Shown here: positions 11,142 to 24,387 of the stretch, one piece after another
How positions within the stretch are numbered: the first letter of the stretch is position 1
Layout of the letters: every line of letters begins with the position of its first letter
NCBI GenBank assembly: GCA_002633005.1
Contig: NMRA01000259.1
Location: forward strand, 98,715-162,714
Source of the DNA: Phoronis australis
Taxonomy: Eukaryota; Animalia; Phoronida
Direction: 5' to 3'
DNA: 64,000 bases
The notes under the pieces: model-generated
What the model was told of the DNA's origin: nothing
Database searches by the model: none
Seen by the model: the letters and a program-made list of their open reading frames with translations, nothing else
Translations under genes and position numbers: made by a program

Positions 11142-14100
11142 ATGGTTAAGAACACTACAGAGGGCGGTTGCAGGAACAAGAATTCGGTCAAGTATGCAAT
11201 TGCTAAGATTGTCTGTGTTCTGAGGTATATTGTGTGTCGTGTGTAATTCATGTAATTGACTTGCTATCATGTATAGTATGTGTTTTCTGCATTACTTGAC
11301 TTATCATGTTTATTTTTATTTGTTTTCTAATTGACCAGTTACCATGTTTACTAAGTGTCGTGTATATTGAGTTGTTACCATAATTATTGTGTCAATGTTA
11401 TCATGTATATTATTTGTCATATGTCGTACATATTTTGTGATTTGGTTCCTTGTATCGTCTTTCGTGTACGTTAATTGCATTGTTGTGAAGTTTATTAACT
11501 GATGTATATTAATTAATTGATGTATGTTGTGGATGGTGTATACTTGTTGAATTGCTATTGTGTAACATGTTCATTAATTGATCTCTTCCCTCCTAAAGAT
11601 TAAGAAGACGACAGACGGCGGCCGCCAGGACATCAAACAGGTCAAGTATTCAATTATTTAAATTGTCAGTATCATCATGTATAATACTTGTCATGTATAT
11701 TATTGTTCATTGTATGTTTCATGTATATTAATTGACCTGCTTCCATTTTTATTGTGTCGTGTGTATTAATTGTCAAGTTATTATGTTTGTGTCGTGCATA
11801 TTATTTGATTTCTTACCATGTATTGTGTGACGTGTTAATTAATTTCAAGGACATCACAAAGGGTCAAGTATTCAATTATTTAAATTGTCAGTGTTATATG
11901 TGTATAATATTTGTCGTGTATTTTAATTGACTTTTTATCATGTTCATTGTGTATTTTATGTATATTAATTGACCTGCTTCCATGTTTATTATGTGTCGTG
12001 TGTATTAATTGTCAAGTTACTGTGTTTGTGTGTCGTGCATATTATTTGATTTCTTACCATGTATTGTGTGACGTGTACATTAATTGCAATTTTATCAATG
12101 GTATTATGTGGTGTATATTACTTGATTTTGTATCGTGTATGTTGTGGGTGTTATTTCTTGACTTGCTACTGTGTAATCTGTATATTAATTAACCTATTCC
12201 TCCTAAAGATTGAGAAGACGACAGACGGCGGCCGCCAGGACATCACACAGGTCAAGTATTCAATTATCTAAATTGTCAGTGTTATAAGGTATATTATTTG
12301 TCGTGTATATTAAGTGACCTTTTATCATGTTCATTGTGTGTTTTGTGGATATTAATTGACCTGCTTCCATGTTTATTATGTGTCGTGTGTAGTAATTGCC
12401 AAGTTATTATGTTCGTGTGTCTTGCATATTATTTGATTTCTTACCATGTATTGTGTGACGTGTACATTAATTGCAATTTTATCAATGTTATTAAGTGGTG
12501 TATATTACTTGACTTTGTATCATGTATGTGGTGGGTGTTGTATAATTCTTGATTTGCTACTGTGTAATCTGTACATTAATTGACCTATTCCTCCTAAAGA
12601 TTGAGAAGACGACAGACGGCGGCCGCCAGGACATCACACAGGTCAAGTATTCAATTATCTAAATTCTCAGTATTTCAATGTATATTACATGCTGTGTATA
12701 TTAGTTGGCTTTATATCATGTTCATTGTGTGTTTTGTGTGTATTAATTGACCTGCTTCCATATTTATTTCATCGTGTGTATTAATTGTCAAGTTATTATG
12801 TTTGTTTGTCGTGCATATTGTTCGATTTCTTACCATGTATTGTTTGCCGTGAACATTAATTGCAATTTTATCAAGGGTATTATGTGGTGTATATTATTTG
12901 ACTTTGTATCATGTATGTTGTGAGTATTGTATATTTGTCGAATTGCTACTGTGTAATCTGTACAATAATTGACCTATTCCTCCTTAAGATTAAGAAGAAG
13001 ACAGACGGCGGCCGCCAGGACACAGCTCAAGTAAATTGTCAGTTGTATTATGTATATTATTTGTCGTGTACTTTAATTGGCTTTTTATCATGTTCACTTT
13101 GTGTTATGTGTACTAAATGACCTGTTATCATATTTGCTGTTTGTCGTTTACATAAATGGACCTTTTATTATGTTTATTGTGTGCCGTTTATACTAATGGA
13201 CCTCTTGTCTTGTTTATTGTGTGTCTTGTATATGATTTTGTTTTGTTATCATGTATTGTGTGTAGTGTACATTGATTGAATTGTTATCGTGTGTATACAT
13301 TGATGTATATTAATTGACTTCTGATCATGTATGTTGTGGTTGGTGTATGTTTGTTGAATTGCTACTGTGTATCATGTACATTGATTGATCTACTTAAATT
13401 CTCAGTGTTATCATATATATTACAAGTCGTGTTTATAAATTGACATTTATCATGTTCGTTGTGTGTTTTGTGTATATTAGTTGACCTGTTTCATGTTTAT
13501 TGTGTGTCGTGTGAATTAATTGTCTCAAGTTATTATGTTTGTGTGTCGTGCGTATTTTTGATTTCTTAAGATTTTTGTGTGACGTGTTCATTAGTTGCAA
13601 TTTAACAAGGGTATTATTTGGTGTATATAACTAGAATTTGTATCATGCGTGTTGTGGGTGTTATAGTGTTGTTGAATTGCTACAATGTAATTTGTACATT
13701 AATTGACCTATTCACCCTAAAGACGGACGACCGACGGCGGCCGCCAGGACATCACACAGGTCAATATTCAATTACTTAAACTTTTTGTGTTATCATGTAC
13801 GTAATTTGTCGTGTATATTAATTGACATTTTATCATATTCATTGTGTTTGAGGTGTATATTAATTGACCTGCTTTCATGTTTATTGTGTGTCATGTGTAT
13901 TAATTTCCAAATTATTATGTTTGTGTGTCGTGCATATTATTTGATTTCTTACCATGTATTGTTTATCGTATACATTAATTGCATTTTATCAATGGTACTA
14001 TGTAGTGTATATTACTTGACCTTGTATCATGTATGTTTTGGGTGTTATATATTTGTTGACTTGCTTCTATTTTTCATGAACATTATCTGATCTGTTCCTC

Positions 14101-14200
14101 CTTAAGATTAAGAAGACGACAGTCGGCGGCCGCCACCACATCAAACAGGTCAAGTATTCAATTGCTTAAATCGTGAGTTTTATCATTTATATTATTTGTC
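11142..14200 (+). repeat. ~390-bp satellite built from ~39-bp TG-rich subrepeats plus a conserved GC-rich core (left arm)
   Basis: Core GAAGACGACAGACGGCGGCCGCCAGGACATCACACAGGTCAAGTATTCAATT. GCGGCCGC occurs at 11618, 12228, 12619, 13008, 13737 and 14126 (spacings 610, 391, 389, 729, 389). A partial core lies at ~11849 and a diverged core at ~11142-11200. Confidence 0.92.
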
Positions 14201-15198
14201 GTGTATACAATTTGACTTTTTTCAGGTTTATTTTGTGCCTTGTATATTAATTGTCTTATTATAATGTATACCGTGTGGCGTGTATTATTGTATACCAATT
14301 GAAGTTCACGAGGACAACAGACTGAGGCTACACCGACATGAAATAGGCCAAGATATAAGGTAAACATTTTCCCGCAACGTGAAAGTTAAAATATCAAGAA
14401 ATGCAGAGAATGTAATTTGTTATGGGTTTTTTATTTCTTGCACCGAACGGCGTGATTTGTGTTTTGTCGACTTCGTAATTCTCGCTGCAGGTTTGAGGCC
14501 ACCATAATACCCACGAACAGACAAGATTTCGGGGAGAGTATAACTTTTGTCTTGCGCACGTGTTTTGTCACCTCAGAAACACGTTGCTTTTGTTACCATA
14601 ATCACGTACTACAGCGTTTATTGAAGTTTTATGCTTTTATGATAGATTAAGATATTTTACTTACCATGGTACGTATTCTCAGCCTGTATTTTCTATTGTA
14701 ATAAAAACGAATGAGAATTCTGGTTTTGGCATGTTCAGCTTCCATTTCACTACACTGAAAAAACACATTATATTGCGTCAGGTTTGATGGCATTTATTCT
14801 CCCGAAAGCCTTCAAAAATGTAACTCTTGTCTTTGGAAACATTACGTAAATACGTTCGCAGACAAAATTGTCTTTACATTTCTACAAACCTACTATGTGA
14901 GTTTTTTATAGTGACCTTTTCGCTGTACGTGGTTGTAATAAACGGAGGTGGGTGATTGTTAAGTTACTTAAGGTTGCTGAACTCTTGTTTCTTTTGAAAA
15001 TAAAAAACTACCCAACAAGGGTATAATTCCTTTCTCTAACAATAATTAAGGAAAAACACATTAAGTTTTTCCAACACCACACAGTAAACAACAAGGACGC
15101 AGCAACTTTAAATCCAAACTTTGATACTCTTGTTTGAGCACATTGGCTCTCTACCAAAACAGCTGTTGAAATGCAAACTAACTATTGAACAATCACCC

Positions 15199-15266
15199 GG
15201 GGTCATGATGCAAGGCAGCAGGCATGTCTTTGACATGAGGTCTGGGTTCAAGTCCCAGTGACCCCT
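15199..15266 (+). tRNA. tRNA-like cloverleaf with abnormal anticodon loop (pseudo-tRNA or SINE head; isotype undetermined)
   Basis: Acceptor stem GGGGTCA/TGACCCC has 7 of 7 pairs. T-arm is CTGGG-TTCAAGT-CCCAG (B-box). D-arm is ATGC-AAGGCA-GCAG. Anticodon stem CATGT/ACATG has only a 5-nt loop, CTTTG. Confidence 0.6.
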
Positions 15267-16803
15267 ACATTCCCATAGAAAGTTTGCTTTCAACATCCCA
15301 GAGTCTGTTTTGAATACTAAGCAGAAGATACAAGTCAATCACATGACACTGCGTAATTCTATCTTTTTCGTATGTTTGTCAAACTGAGTCTCTGAATAGG
15401 ACAATTCCTTGCTTGGTGCTCATAATTTCTCACGTAGGCGCGTTGGTAAAACTTAACATATGCTTTTTATCTCTTTCAGCAATCATTGGTTTAGCCAATG
15501 AACAATACTTGGGACTGCGAATGGTCATCCTTCCTCTGTGCTTCAAGGTGACTTCCCGTGATACGGCCGAAACGAACCTCTGTGCCGAAAAACGAGCAAA
15601 GACCTACAATAATTCTCACTTTTGTTGACAGGGAATGTCTTAATTTGCTTTTGAAATTTTACTAAGCAACTATAATAATTTTGAAAATAACTTGTTTTCT
15701 TGGGTCAAGACATCAAAAATAACCTTATTTTTCCCATGGTCATGTTCACTAATATTTTCGTATTAAACTTGTATTGGTTCGTTTGGTAAACTTATCCAAG
15801 TTCTGCTATGTGCTTTTGTCACCATAAAGGTTTTTTGGTTCATTTCGTATCATAATGTGCCGTACCATTAACAATTAGCTCCCATTTTCAGAGAACTTAT
15901 GTTGGAATTTTTCGACGAACATTTTGACGTAGCTGTCATTCAATATGCAGTTTTTTAACCGTGGTAGAGATCGTTTTCATGTCATATCACATTTTCTCTT
16001 TTTATGCTCATCTCTATTTTCATTTATTCCATATTTTGAAATTCATGACGACTTTATGTACGTAATAAGATTTATCGCGCATGACTCTATTTACGCCCAT
16101 GCACCTATTTCTGAAAAAAAAATTAAGAAAAGACTTTGTTCAAGTGTTCACATACGCAGGTATGCTGCTAAGTGTCTCAAATAACTCACATATGAGGTTA
16201 TTCCCTGTAAACGTATATGACAACGTCGTTCTTAAGATTATCAATAATTTCCATTTATTTTCTCATTTTCTACCTATTTGACGTTTTCTTTTTCATTTTA
16301 CTTGTAAAGAAATTGGTTTATGGGTGATACCGTGTTTACATCATCACCTGTGCAACTACTACATTACCCACAGTGTTACGGTGAACACGTTGTTGCATCC
16401 AAAAATCACACTACACATCAAGCAATGTGACATCTTATTTAGGGATGCGTTCTGTAGATGCAAGAATCTTACGAAAACGCAAGAACACCCTAGAATTCAC
16501 GGCTATTGCCATGTATTACCAGCTAAGCACGTGATCACAACTAATCCTTTATTTCGAATGTCTTGGGTCTCTGCTGGGAACAAATACTAGTTCCGTGGTC
16601 TTCAGAACCTTAACGTGTCATTCATCTATTGAACACTCTTCGCCACATCTTGGAACCATCGTACATCCCAAGTGTTGGAAAACCTGTCGCGATGTTTGAT
16701 AAGTTATAATTATGTGTAATTATTGTTAAAATTGTAATTGATTATGTGAATATTAATAATAATGTTGTTGAGTTTGTGATTGTTTTTTATCATTGTTATT
16801 GAG

Positions 16804-18831
16804 CATAATCGCATATGAAGCACGGGAAACAGTGGCTCTGTGAATTCTGCTTGAAACTTATAAAAATCAAGTCTAAGGTCTTTTAAATCTAAACAAGGCA
16901 GATATATATATATACAGTGTAGTTTTGAGAGAACAGTAATTAGTAGTGCTATCTGCTTTTTCTCTAAAATAAAAGCTTTTTACGTAACATTTGCACGCTA
17001 ATTTTACGAGTTAAAGAGGCCCTCTATAGATGGTTGAGGCAATAATTGAGAACAGGCAAATAAGACGGAAGTGCAGTTGGTGTAATGCTTCATAACCAAA
17101 TTTTCTGAAGAGACTAAATAAGTTATTATGTGGCCAGTTTTTGAAACGATACATTATGGCTGCTACAGACTGCCAACTTTGGCCGAGAAGCGCTTCTGTG
17201 AAAACTTGCAAAATTGTCGTTTTTGCCACGCAAAATCAAAACCTGCAAATTTGAAATTGAATTTTGAAAGTTATGCCATTAAATTATTCATCTATAATCC
17301 TTTAAAACTGTGTCACTGATTAGTTATCAGCTAGCTACACATTCTAGTAAAATGCATTTAAACATATCTATTTTGGCGCCAATTCTGTTTCAAAATGGAG
17401 GGACATGTCACAAAAAGAGAAATAATGGGTGAAAATTTTTAAAAGTCGAAACTTTACTACATCTCACCAAACCAAACACATGCCTTAAGTCTGAACAAAA
17501 TTTGTGATTTTGGGATTAGACTCTTAGGCTACCTGTTGGTTTTTATATGGAGTTTGTATGGACACAACAGAGAATTGCTTGAAGTGAAAATGCTGTTGCA
17601 TTCGCCTGCTTTACGGAAATGTGGATACGCGTTTTTAAACGGCTTGCTTGAGACATTGTTGTTGGCAGCGCCTCCTCAAATACACGGAAATTCTTTTGTG
17701 TATCGGTGACGCACTATTGAAATGCGATCACAGATGATAACTGTTTACATAAACTTTAGTGGTACGTGACGGTTTTCAAAGACCGTTAGAGTGTGTTACT
17801 TTTTCACAATTGTTTCAAAACACACCTGACTTATATCACAATTATTCTATGTTATGTTCACGTTTCCTAATCAGGAATACCCAATCTCAGAATAAGATAT
17901 CGAAGGCTGCTCTTGTTTCTAAATAGCAGTCAAGTAAAAACTGCTGTTGGTCCAATAAATGACTTTTTCCGTTTTGCTTAGGAACTTGCGCTGTATTTTG
18001 CTTCATTTAGGCTTTGGTTCTATCTAACAATTCCAAAATTGTGTTCCAAGGGTTGACTACCATGTCGAGTTTGTCTGTAGATACTTATTTACTGAGTGGT
18101 TTCGTGTCGAGTTGGCAAGCTATTTCGTTGCGTTGGTAAGCGCTCCAAATATTTTTATATTTCATTATTGAGACTCTTTGGTTTTTTAGCCGTATGATCT
18201 GATTTGCCAATCAAAAAATTCAGTCTTTGTATTTATTTGCAAATTGCCACTCCCTTAGTGCTTGTATTCCACTCGTACACTTAAGGTGCAAAAAGGAAAT
18301 TGTACCACAACGTTCATTCCTTTTGAAAGAAGCGAACATCCCAACGAATATTATCGACTTGCAAAATTTTATCTTTTGACGGCATTCACTAAAACGACGA
18401 GGCAACAGAGTCTTAAAATATGTATATAACAATTTCTAAGTATTTTTCTGTTAGATATGAACTGGGGCCACATTTGCAAAAAAAGAAATATGACATGCGA
18501 TTTCCCAAGAATTTAAAAACATTTGTGGAAATTGTCTTTAACATGAATAAGATAAACAGAGGAGACCGTGCAGATAAAGTTGGTTTTGATGCCACAATCA
18601 GTATTAATAACGGTGTCATAGCGGGCATGATTGTGATTTTATACATTCATACGCAGGATACATCATGGAGAGCCATATAAATAGAGCTCTCTTGGCAGTG
18701 CTGCCATTTACATACATACTTTCAACCATAAAATGCTACCCATTACGTACCCAAGAAAATATAAATTATCCCCAAATGTATAATAGTTCTCGTCTCACGA
18801 TATTGTTTCTTGTGCTGCCCATGTCAATGGG
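16804..18831. other. Unique spacer of the giant inverted repeat
   Basis: Arm homology ends at TATCATTGTTATTGAGC (~16803) and GTTCAATACCAATGATA (~18832). No recognisable coding sequence lies between them. Confidence 0.8.
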
Positions 18832-20102
18832 TTCAATACCAATGATAAAATAACAAACATAATCACAAAATAAACAGCATTATTATTAATATTCATATAA
18901 ACAATTACAATTTTACTGTTGGCTACAACAACTAATTCTTAGTGACACTGTGGGTAACACAGGAGTTGCTCAGGTAATGATATTCTATTATAAACACGGT
19001 ATCACTCATTAACCAATTTCTTAATAACAAGTAAAATAAAGTAGAAAACGTCAAATAGGCAGAAAATGAGAAAATAAATGGAAATCATTGACAAACCTTT
19101 AAGAACGACATGGTCATATACGCTTACAGAGAATAACCTACTTTGAGAGTTATTAGAGACACTTAGCAGTATACCTCGGTATGTGAACACTTGAAAAGTC
19201 TTTTCTTGAAAAACAAATATTCAGAAATAGGTGCATGGGCGTAAATAGGGTCTTGCACGATTATTCTTATTACGTACATAAAGTTGTCATGAATTTCAAA
19301 GTATGGAATCAATAACAATAGAAATGAGCATAAAAAAGAGAAAATGTGAAATGACATGAAAACGTAAGAGATCCCAACCAGGGATAAAAAACTGCACAAC
19401 GAATGACAGCTACGTCAAACTTTTCGTCGAAAAATTCCAACAAAAGTTCTCTGACTATGGGAGCTAATTGTTAATGGTACAGCATATTACCATACGAAAT
19501 GAACCACAGAACCTTAATACTGACAAAAGTACATAGCATACCTATTGAAAATACAATACGCATTGGCTTGGATAAGTTTACCAAACGAACCAACACAAGC
19601 TTAATACGAAAATATTAGTAAACTATACCATGGGAAAAATAAGGTACTTTTTGGTGTCTTGACCCAAGAAAACACAAGTTATTTTCAAAATTATTATAGT
19701 TGCTTAGTACAATTTCAAAAGCAAATTAAGACATTCCATGTCAACAAAAGTGAGAATTATTGTGGGTCTTTGCTCGTTTTTCGGCACAGAGGTTCGTTTC
19801 GGCCGTATCACGGGAAGTCACCTTGAAGCACAGAGGAAGGATGACCATTCGCAGTCCCAAGTATTGTTCATTGGCTAAACCAATCATTGCTGAAAGAGAT
19901 AAAAAGCATATGTTAAGTTTAAGCAACGCGCCTACGTGAGAAATTATGAGCACCAAGCAAGGAATTGTCCTATTCAGAGACTCAGTTTGACAAACATACG
20001 AAAAAGATAGAATTACGCAGTGCCATGTGATTGACTTGTATCTTCTGCTTAGTATTCAAAACAGACTCTGGGATGTTGAAAGCAAACTTTCTATGGGAAT
20101 GT

Positions 20103-20170
20103 AGGGGTCACTGGGACTTGAACCCAGACTTCATGTCAAAGACATGCCTGCTGCCTTGCATCATGACCCC
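20103..20170 (-). tRNA. Mirror copy of the tRNA-like cloverleaf
   Basis: Reverse complement of 15199-15266 with one substitution, in the variable loop. Confidence 0.6.
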
Positions 20171-21169
20171 GGGTGATTGTTCAATAGTTAGTTTGCATTT
20201 CAACAGCTGTTTTGGTAGAGAGCCAATGTGCTCAAACAAGAGTATCAAAATTTGGATTTAAAGTTGCTGCGTCCTTGTTGTTTACTGTGTGGTGTTGGAA
20301 AAACTTAATATGTTTTTCCTTAATTATTGTTAGAGAAAGGAATTATACCCTTGTTGGGTAGTATTTTTTATTTTCAAAAGAAACAAGAGTTCAGCAACCT
20401 TAAATAACTTAACAATCACCCACCTCCGTTTATTACAACCACGTACAGCGAAAAGGTCACTATAAAAAAACTCACATAGTAGGTTTGTAGAAATGAAAAG
20501 ACAAGTTTGTCTGCGAACGTATTTACGTAATGTTTCCAAAGACAAGAGTTACATTTTTGAAGGCTTTCGGGAGAACAAATGCCGTCAAACCTAACGCAAT
20601 ATAATGTGTTTTTTAGTGTAGTGAAATGGAAGCTGAACATGCCGAAACCAGAATTGTCATTCGTTTTTATTACAACAGAAAATACAGGCTGAGAATACGT
20701 ACCATGGTAAGTAAAATATCTTAATCTATCATAAAAGCATAAAACTTCAATAAACGCTGTAGTACGTGATTATGGTAACAAAAGCAACGTGTTTCTGAGG
20801 TGACAAAACACGTGCGCAAGACAAAAGTTATACTCTCCCCGAAATCTTGTCTGTTCGTGGGTATTATGGTGGCCTCAAACCTGCAGCGAGAATTACAAAG
20901 TCGACAAAACACAAATCACGCCGTTCGGTGCAAGTAATAAAAAAACCCATGACAAATTACATTCTCTGCATTTCTTGCTATTTTAACTTTCACGTTACGG
21001 GAAAATGTTTACCTTATATCTTAGCCTATTTCATGTCGGTGTGGCCTCAGTCTGTTGTCCTCCTTAACTTCAATTAATATACAATAATACACGCCACACG
21101 GTATACATTATAATAAGTCAATTAATAGACAAGGCACAAAATAAACCTGAAAAAAGTCAAATTGTATAC

Positions 21170-24027
21170 ACGACAAATAATATAAATGATAAAACTCACG
21201 ATTTAAGCAATTGAATACTTGACCTGTTTGATGTGGAGGCGGCCGCCGACTGTCGTCTTCTTAATCTTAAGGAGGAACAGATCAGATAATGTTCATGAAA
21301 AATAGAAGCAAGTCAACAAATATACAACACCCACAACATACATGATACAAGGTCAAGTAATATACACTACATAATACCATTGATAAAATGCAATTAATGT
21401 ATACGATAAACAATACATGGTAAGAAATCAAATAATATGCACGACACACGAACACGATAAATTGAAAATTAATACACATGACACACAATAAACATGAAAG
21501 CAGGTCAATTGATATACACAACAAACACAATGAACATGATAAAAAGTCAATTAATATACACGACAAATTACGTACATGATAACACAAAAAGTTTTAAGTA
21601 ATTGAATATTGACCTGTGTGATGTCCTGGCGGCCGCCGTCTGTCGTCCGTCGTTAGGGGGAATAGGTCGATTAAAGTACAAATTACACTGTAGCAATTCA
21701 ACAACCCTATAACACCCACAACACGCATGATACAAATTCAAGTAATATACACCAAATAATACACTTGTTAAATTGCAACTAATGAACACGTCACACAATA
21801 ATCTTAAGAAATCAAAAATATGCACGACACACAAACATAATAACTTGACAATTAATACACACGACACACAATAAACATGAAACAGGTCAAATAATATACA
21901 CAAAACACACAACGAACATGATAAAATGTCAATTTATAGACACGACTTGTAATATACATGATAACACAAGTCAATTAATATACATCAATGTATACACACG
22001 ATAACAATTCAATCAATGTACACTACACACAATACATGATAACAAAACAAAATCATATACAAGACACACAATAAACATGACAAGAGGTTCATTAGTATAA
22101 ACGGCACACAGTAAACATGATAAAAGGTCCATTTATGTAAACGACAAACAACAAATATGATGAATGGTCATTAAGTATACATAACACAAAATGAACATGA
22201 TAAAAAGCCAATTAAAGTACACGAAAAATAATATACATATTATCACTGACAATTTAAGAAATTGAATACTTGACCTGTGTGATGTGCTGGCGGCCGCCGT
22301 CTGTCTTCTTCTTAATCTTAAGGAGGAATAGGTCAATTATTGTACAGATTACACAGTAGCAATTCGACAAATATACAATACCCACAACATACATGATACA
22401 AAGTCAAATAATATACACCACATAATACCCTTGATAAAATTGCAATTGATGTTCACGGCAAACAATACATGGTAAGAAATCGAACAATATGCACGACAAA
22501 CAAACATAATAACTTGACAATTAGTACACACGACAAAATAAACATGGAAGCAGGTCAATTAATATACAGAAAACACACAATGAACATGATATAAAGCCAA
22601 TTAATATACACGACATGTAATAAACATTATAATACTGAGAATTAAGATAATTGAATACTTGACCTGTGTGATGTCCTGGCGGCCGCCGTCTGTCGTCTTC
22701 TCAATCTTTAGGAGGAATAGGTCAATTAATGTACAGATTACACAGTAGCAAATCAAGAAATATACAACACCCACAACATACATGATACAAAATCAAGTAA
22801 CATACACCACATAATAACATTGATCAAATTGCAATTAATGTACACGTCACGCAATACATGGTAAGAAATCAAATAATATGCAAGACACACGAACGTAATA
22901 ACTTGACAATTAATACACACGACACAAAATTAACATGGAAGCAGGTCAATTAATATACATAAAACACACAATGAACATGATAAAAGGTCATTTAATATAT
23001 ACGACAAATAATATACCTGATAACACTGGCAATTTAAATAATTCAATACTTGACCTGTGTGATGTCCTGGCGGCCGCCGTCTGTCGTCTTCTCAATCTTT
23101 AGGAGGAATAGGTCAATTAATGTACAGATTACACAGTAGCAAATCAAGAAATAAACAACATCCACAACATACATGATACAAAATCAAGTAATATACACCA
23201 CATAATACCATTGATAAAATTGCAATTAATGTACACGTCACACAATACATGGTAAGAAATCAAATAACATGCACGACAAAAAACACAATAACATGACAAT
23301 TAATACACACGACACATACTAAACATGGAAGCAGGTCAATTGATATAAATAAAACACACAATGAACATGATAAAAAGTCAATTATTATACTCGAAAATAT
23401 TATACATGATAACACTGACAATTTATATAATTGAATACTTGACCTGTGTGATGTCCTGGCGGCCGCCGTCTGTCGTCTTCTCAATCTTTAGGAGGAATAG
23501 GTATATTAATGTACACATTACACAATAGCAAATCAAGAAATATACAACACCCACAACATACATGATACAAAATCAAGAAATATACACCACATAATACCAT
23601 TGATAAAATTGCAATTAATGTACACGTCACACAATACATGGTAAGAAATCAAATAACATGCACGACAAAAAACACAATAACATGACAATTAATACACACG
23701 ACACATACTAAACATGGAAGCAGGTCAATTGATATAAATAAAACACACAATGAACATGATAAAAAGTCAATTATTATACACGACAAATATTATACATGAC
23801 AACATTGACAATTTAAATAATATGCACGACACAAACATAATAACTTGACAATTAATACACGCGACACACAATAAAAATGGAAGCAGGTCAATTAATGTAA
23901 TTAAAACACATGAACAATAATATACATGGTGATACTGACAATTTAAATAATTGAATACTTGACCCGTTTGATGTCCTGGCGGCCGCCGTCTGTTGTCTTC
24001 TTAATCTTTAGGAGGAAGAGATCAATT
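21170..24027 (-). repeat. ~390-bp NotI-core satellite (right arm, inverted)
   Basis: GCGGCCGC at 21239, 21629, 22290, 22679, 23070, 23459 and 23979. The array ends at an N gap. Confidence 0.92.
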
Positions 24028-24210
24028 NNNNNNNNNNNNNNNNNNNNNNNNNNNNNNNNNNNNNNNNNNNNNNNNNNNNNNNNNNNNNNNNNNNNNNNNN
24101 NNNNNNNNNNNNNNNNNNNNNNNNNNNNNNNNNNNNNNNNNNNNNNNNNNNNNNNNNNNNNNNNNNNNNNNNNNNNNNNNNNNNNNNNNNNNNNNNNNNN
24201 NNNNNNNNNN
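24028..24210. other. Assembly gap
   Basis: Run of N. Confidence 1.
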
Positions 24211-24387
24211 NAATTGACGAACAACTCCATGTGATACCTGAAAGCAACACGTGACCTGTGCCTGGAACACGGAATAGGTGCGTTGGCATTGACGGAAAGG
24301 TTGTGATGAATTTGATGTCAACCAGGGAACGTTCCACGTCAGAGTAAATATTTACAAAGGGACATAAGAAGCGGGGGTGGGGCATAT

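Larger units (their letters stand above)
7042..16803 (+). repeat. Left arm of giant inverted repeat
   Basis: Colinear reverse-complement match to 18832-29500. Mirrored ORF-track pairs include 15413+/19741-, 15108-/20031+, 14459+/20721-, 13785+/21282-, 9996-/25636+ and 8869-/26697+. Confidence 0.95.

Noticed and set aside
11911-14090. Cys/Ile/Leu-rich ORFs in the ORF track (and mirrors at 21282-23484)
   Set aside because: Translations of the TG-rich satellite.
11142-14200. CRISPR-like array (conserved repeat at regular spacing)
   Set aside because: The spacers are ~335 bp and homologous to one another, the context is eukaryotic, and no cas genes are present. It is a satellite.
18220-18853. 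ORFs in the palindrome spacer as a cargo gene
   Set aside because: Short, overlapping on both strands, with no motifs or convincing splice structure.
23943-24385. ORFs spanning X runs (also 62326-62786)
   Set aside because: Artefacts of N gaps.
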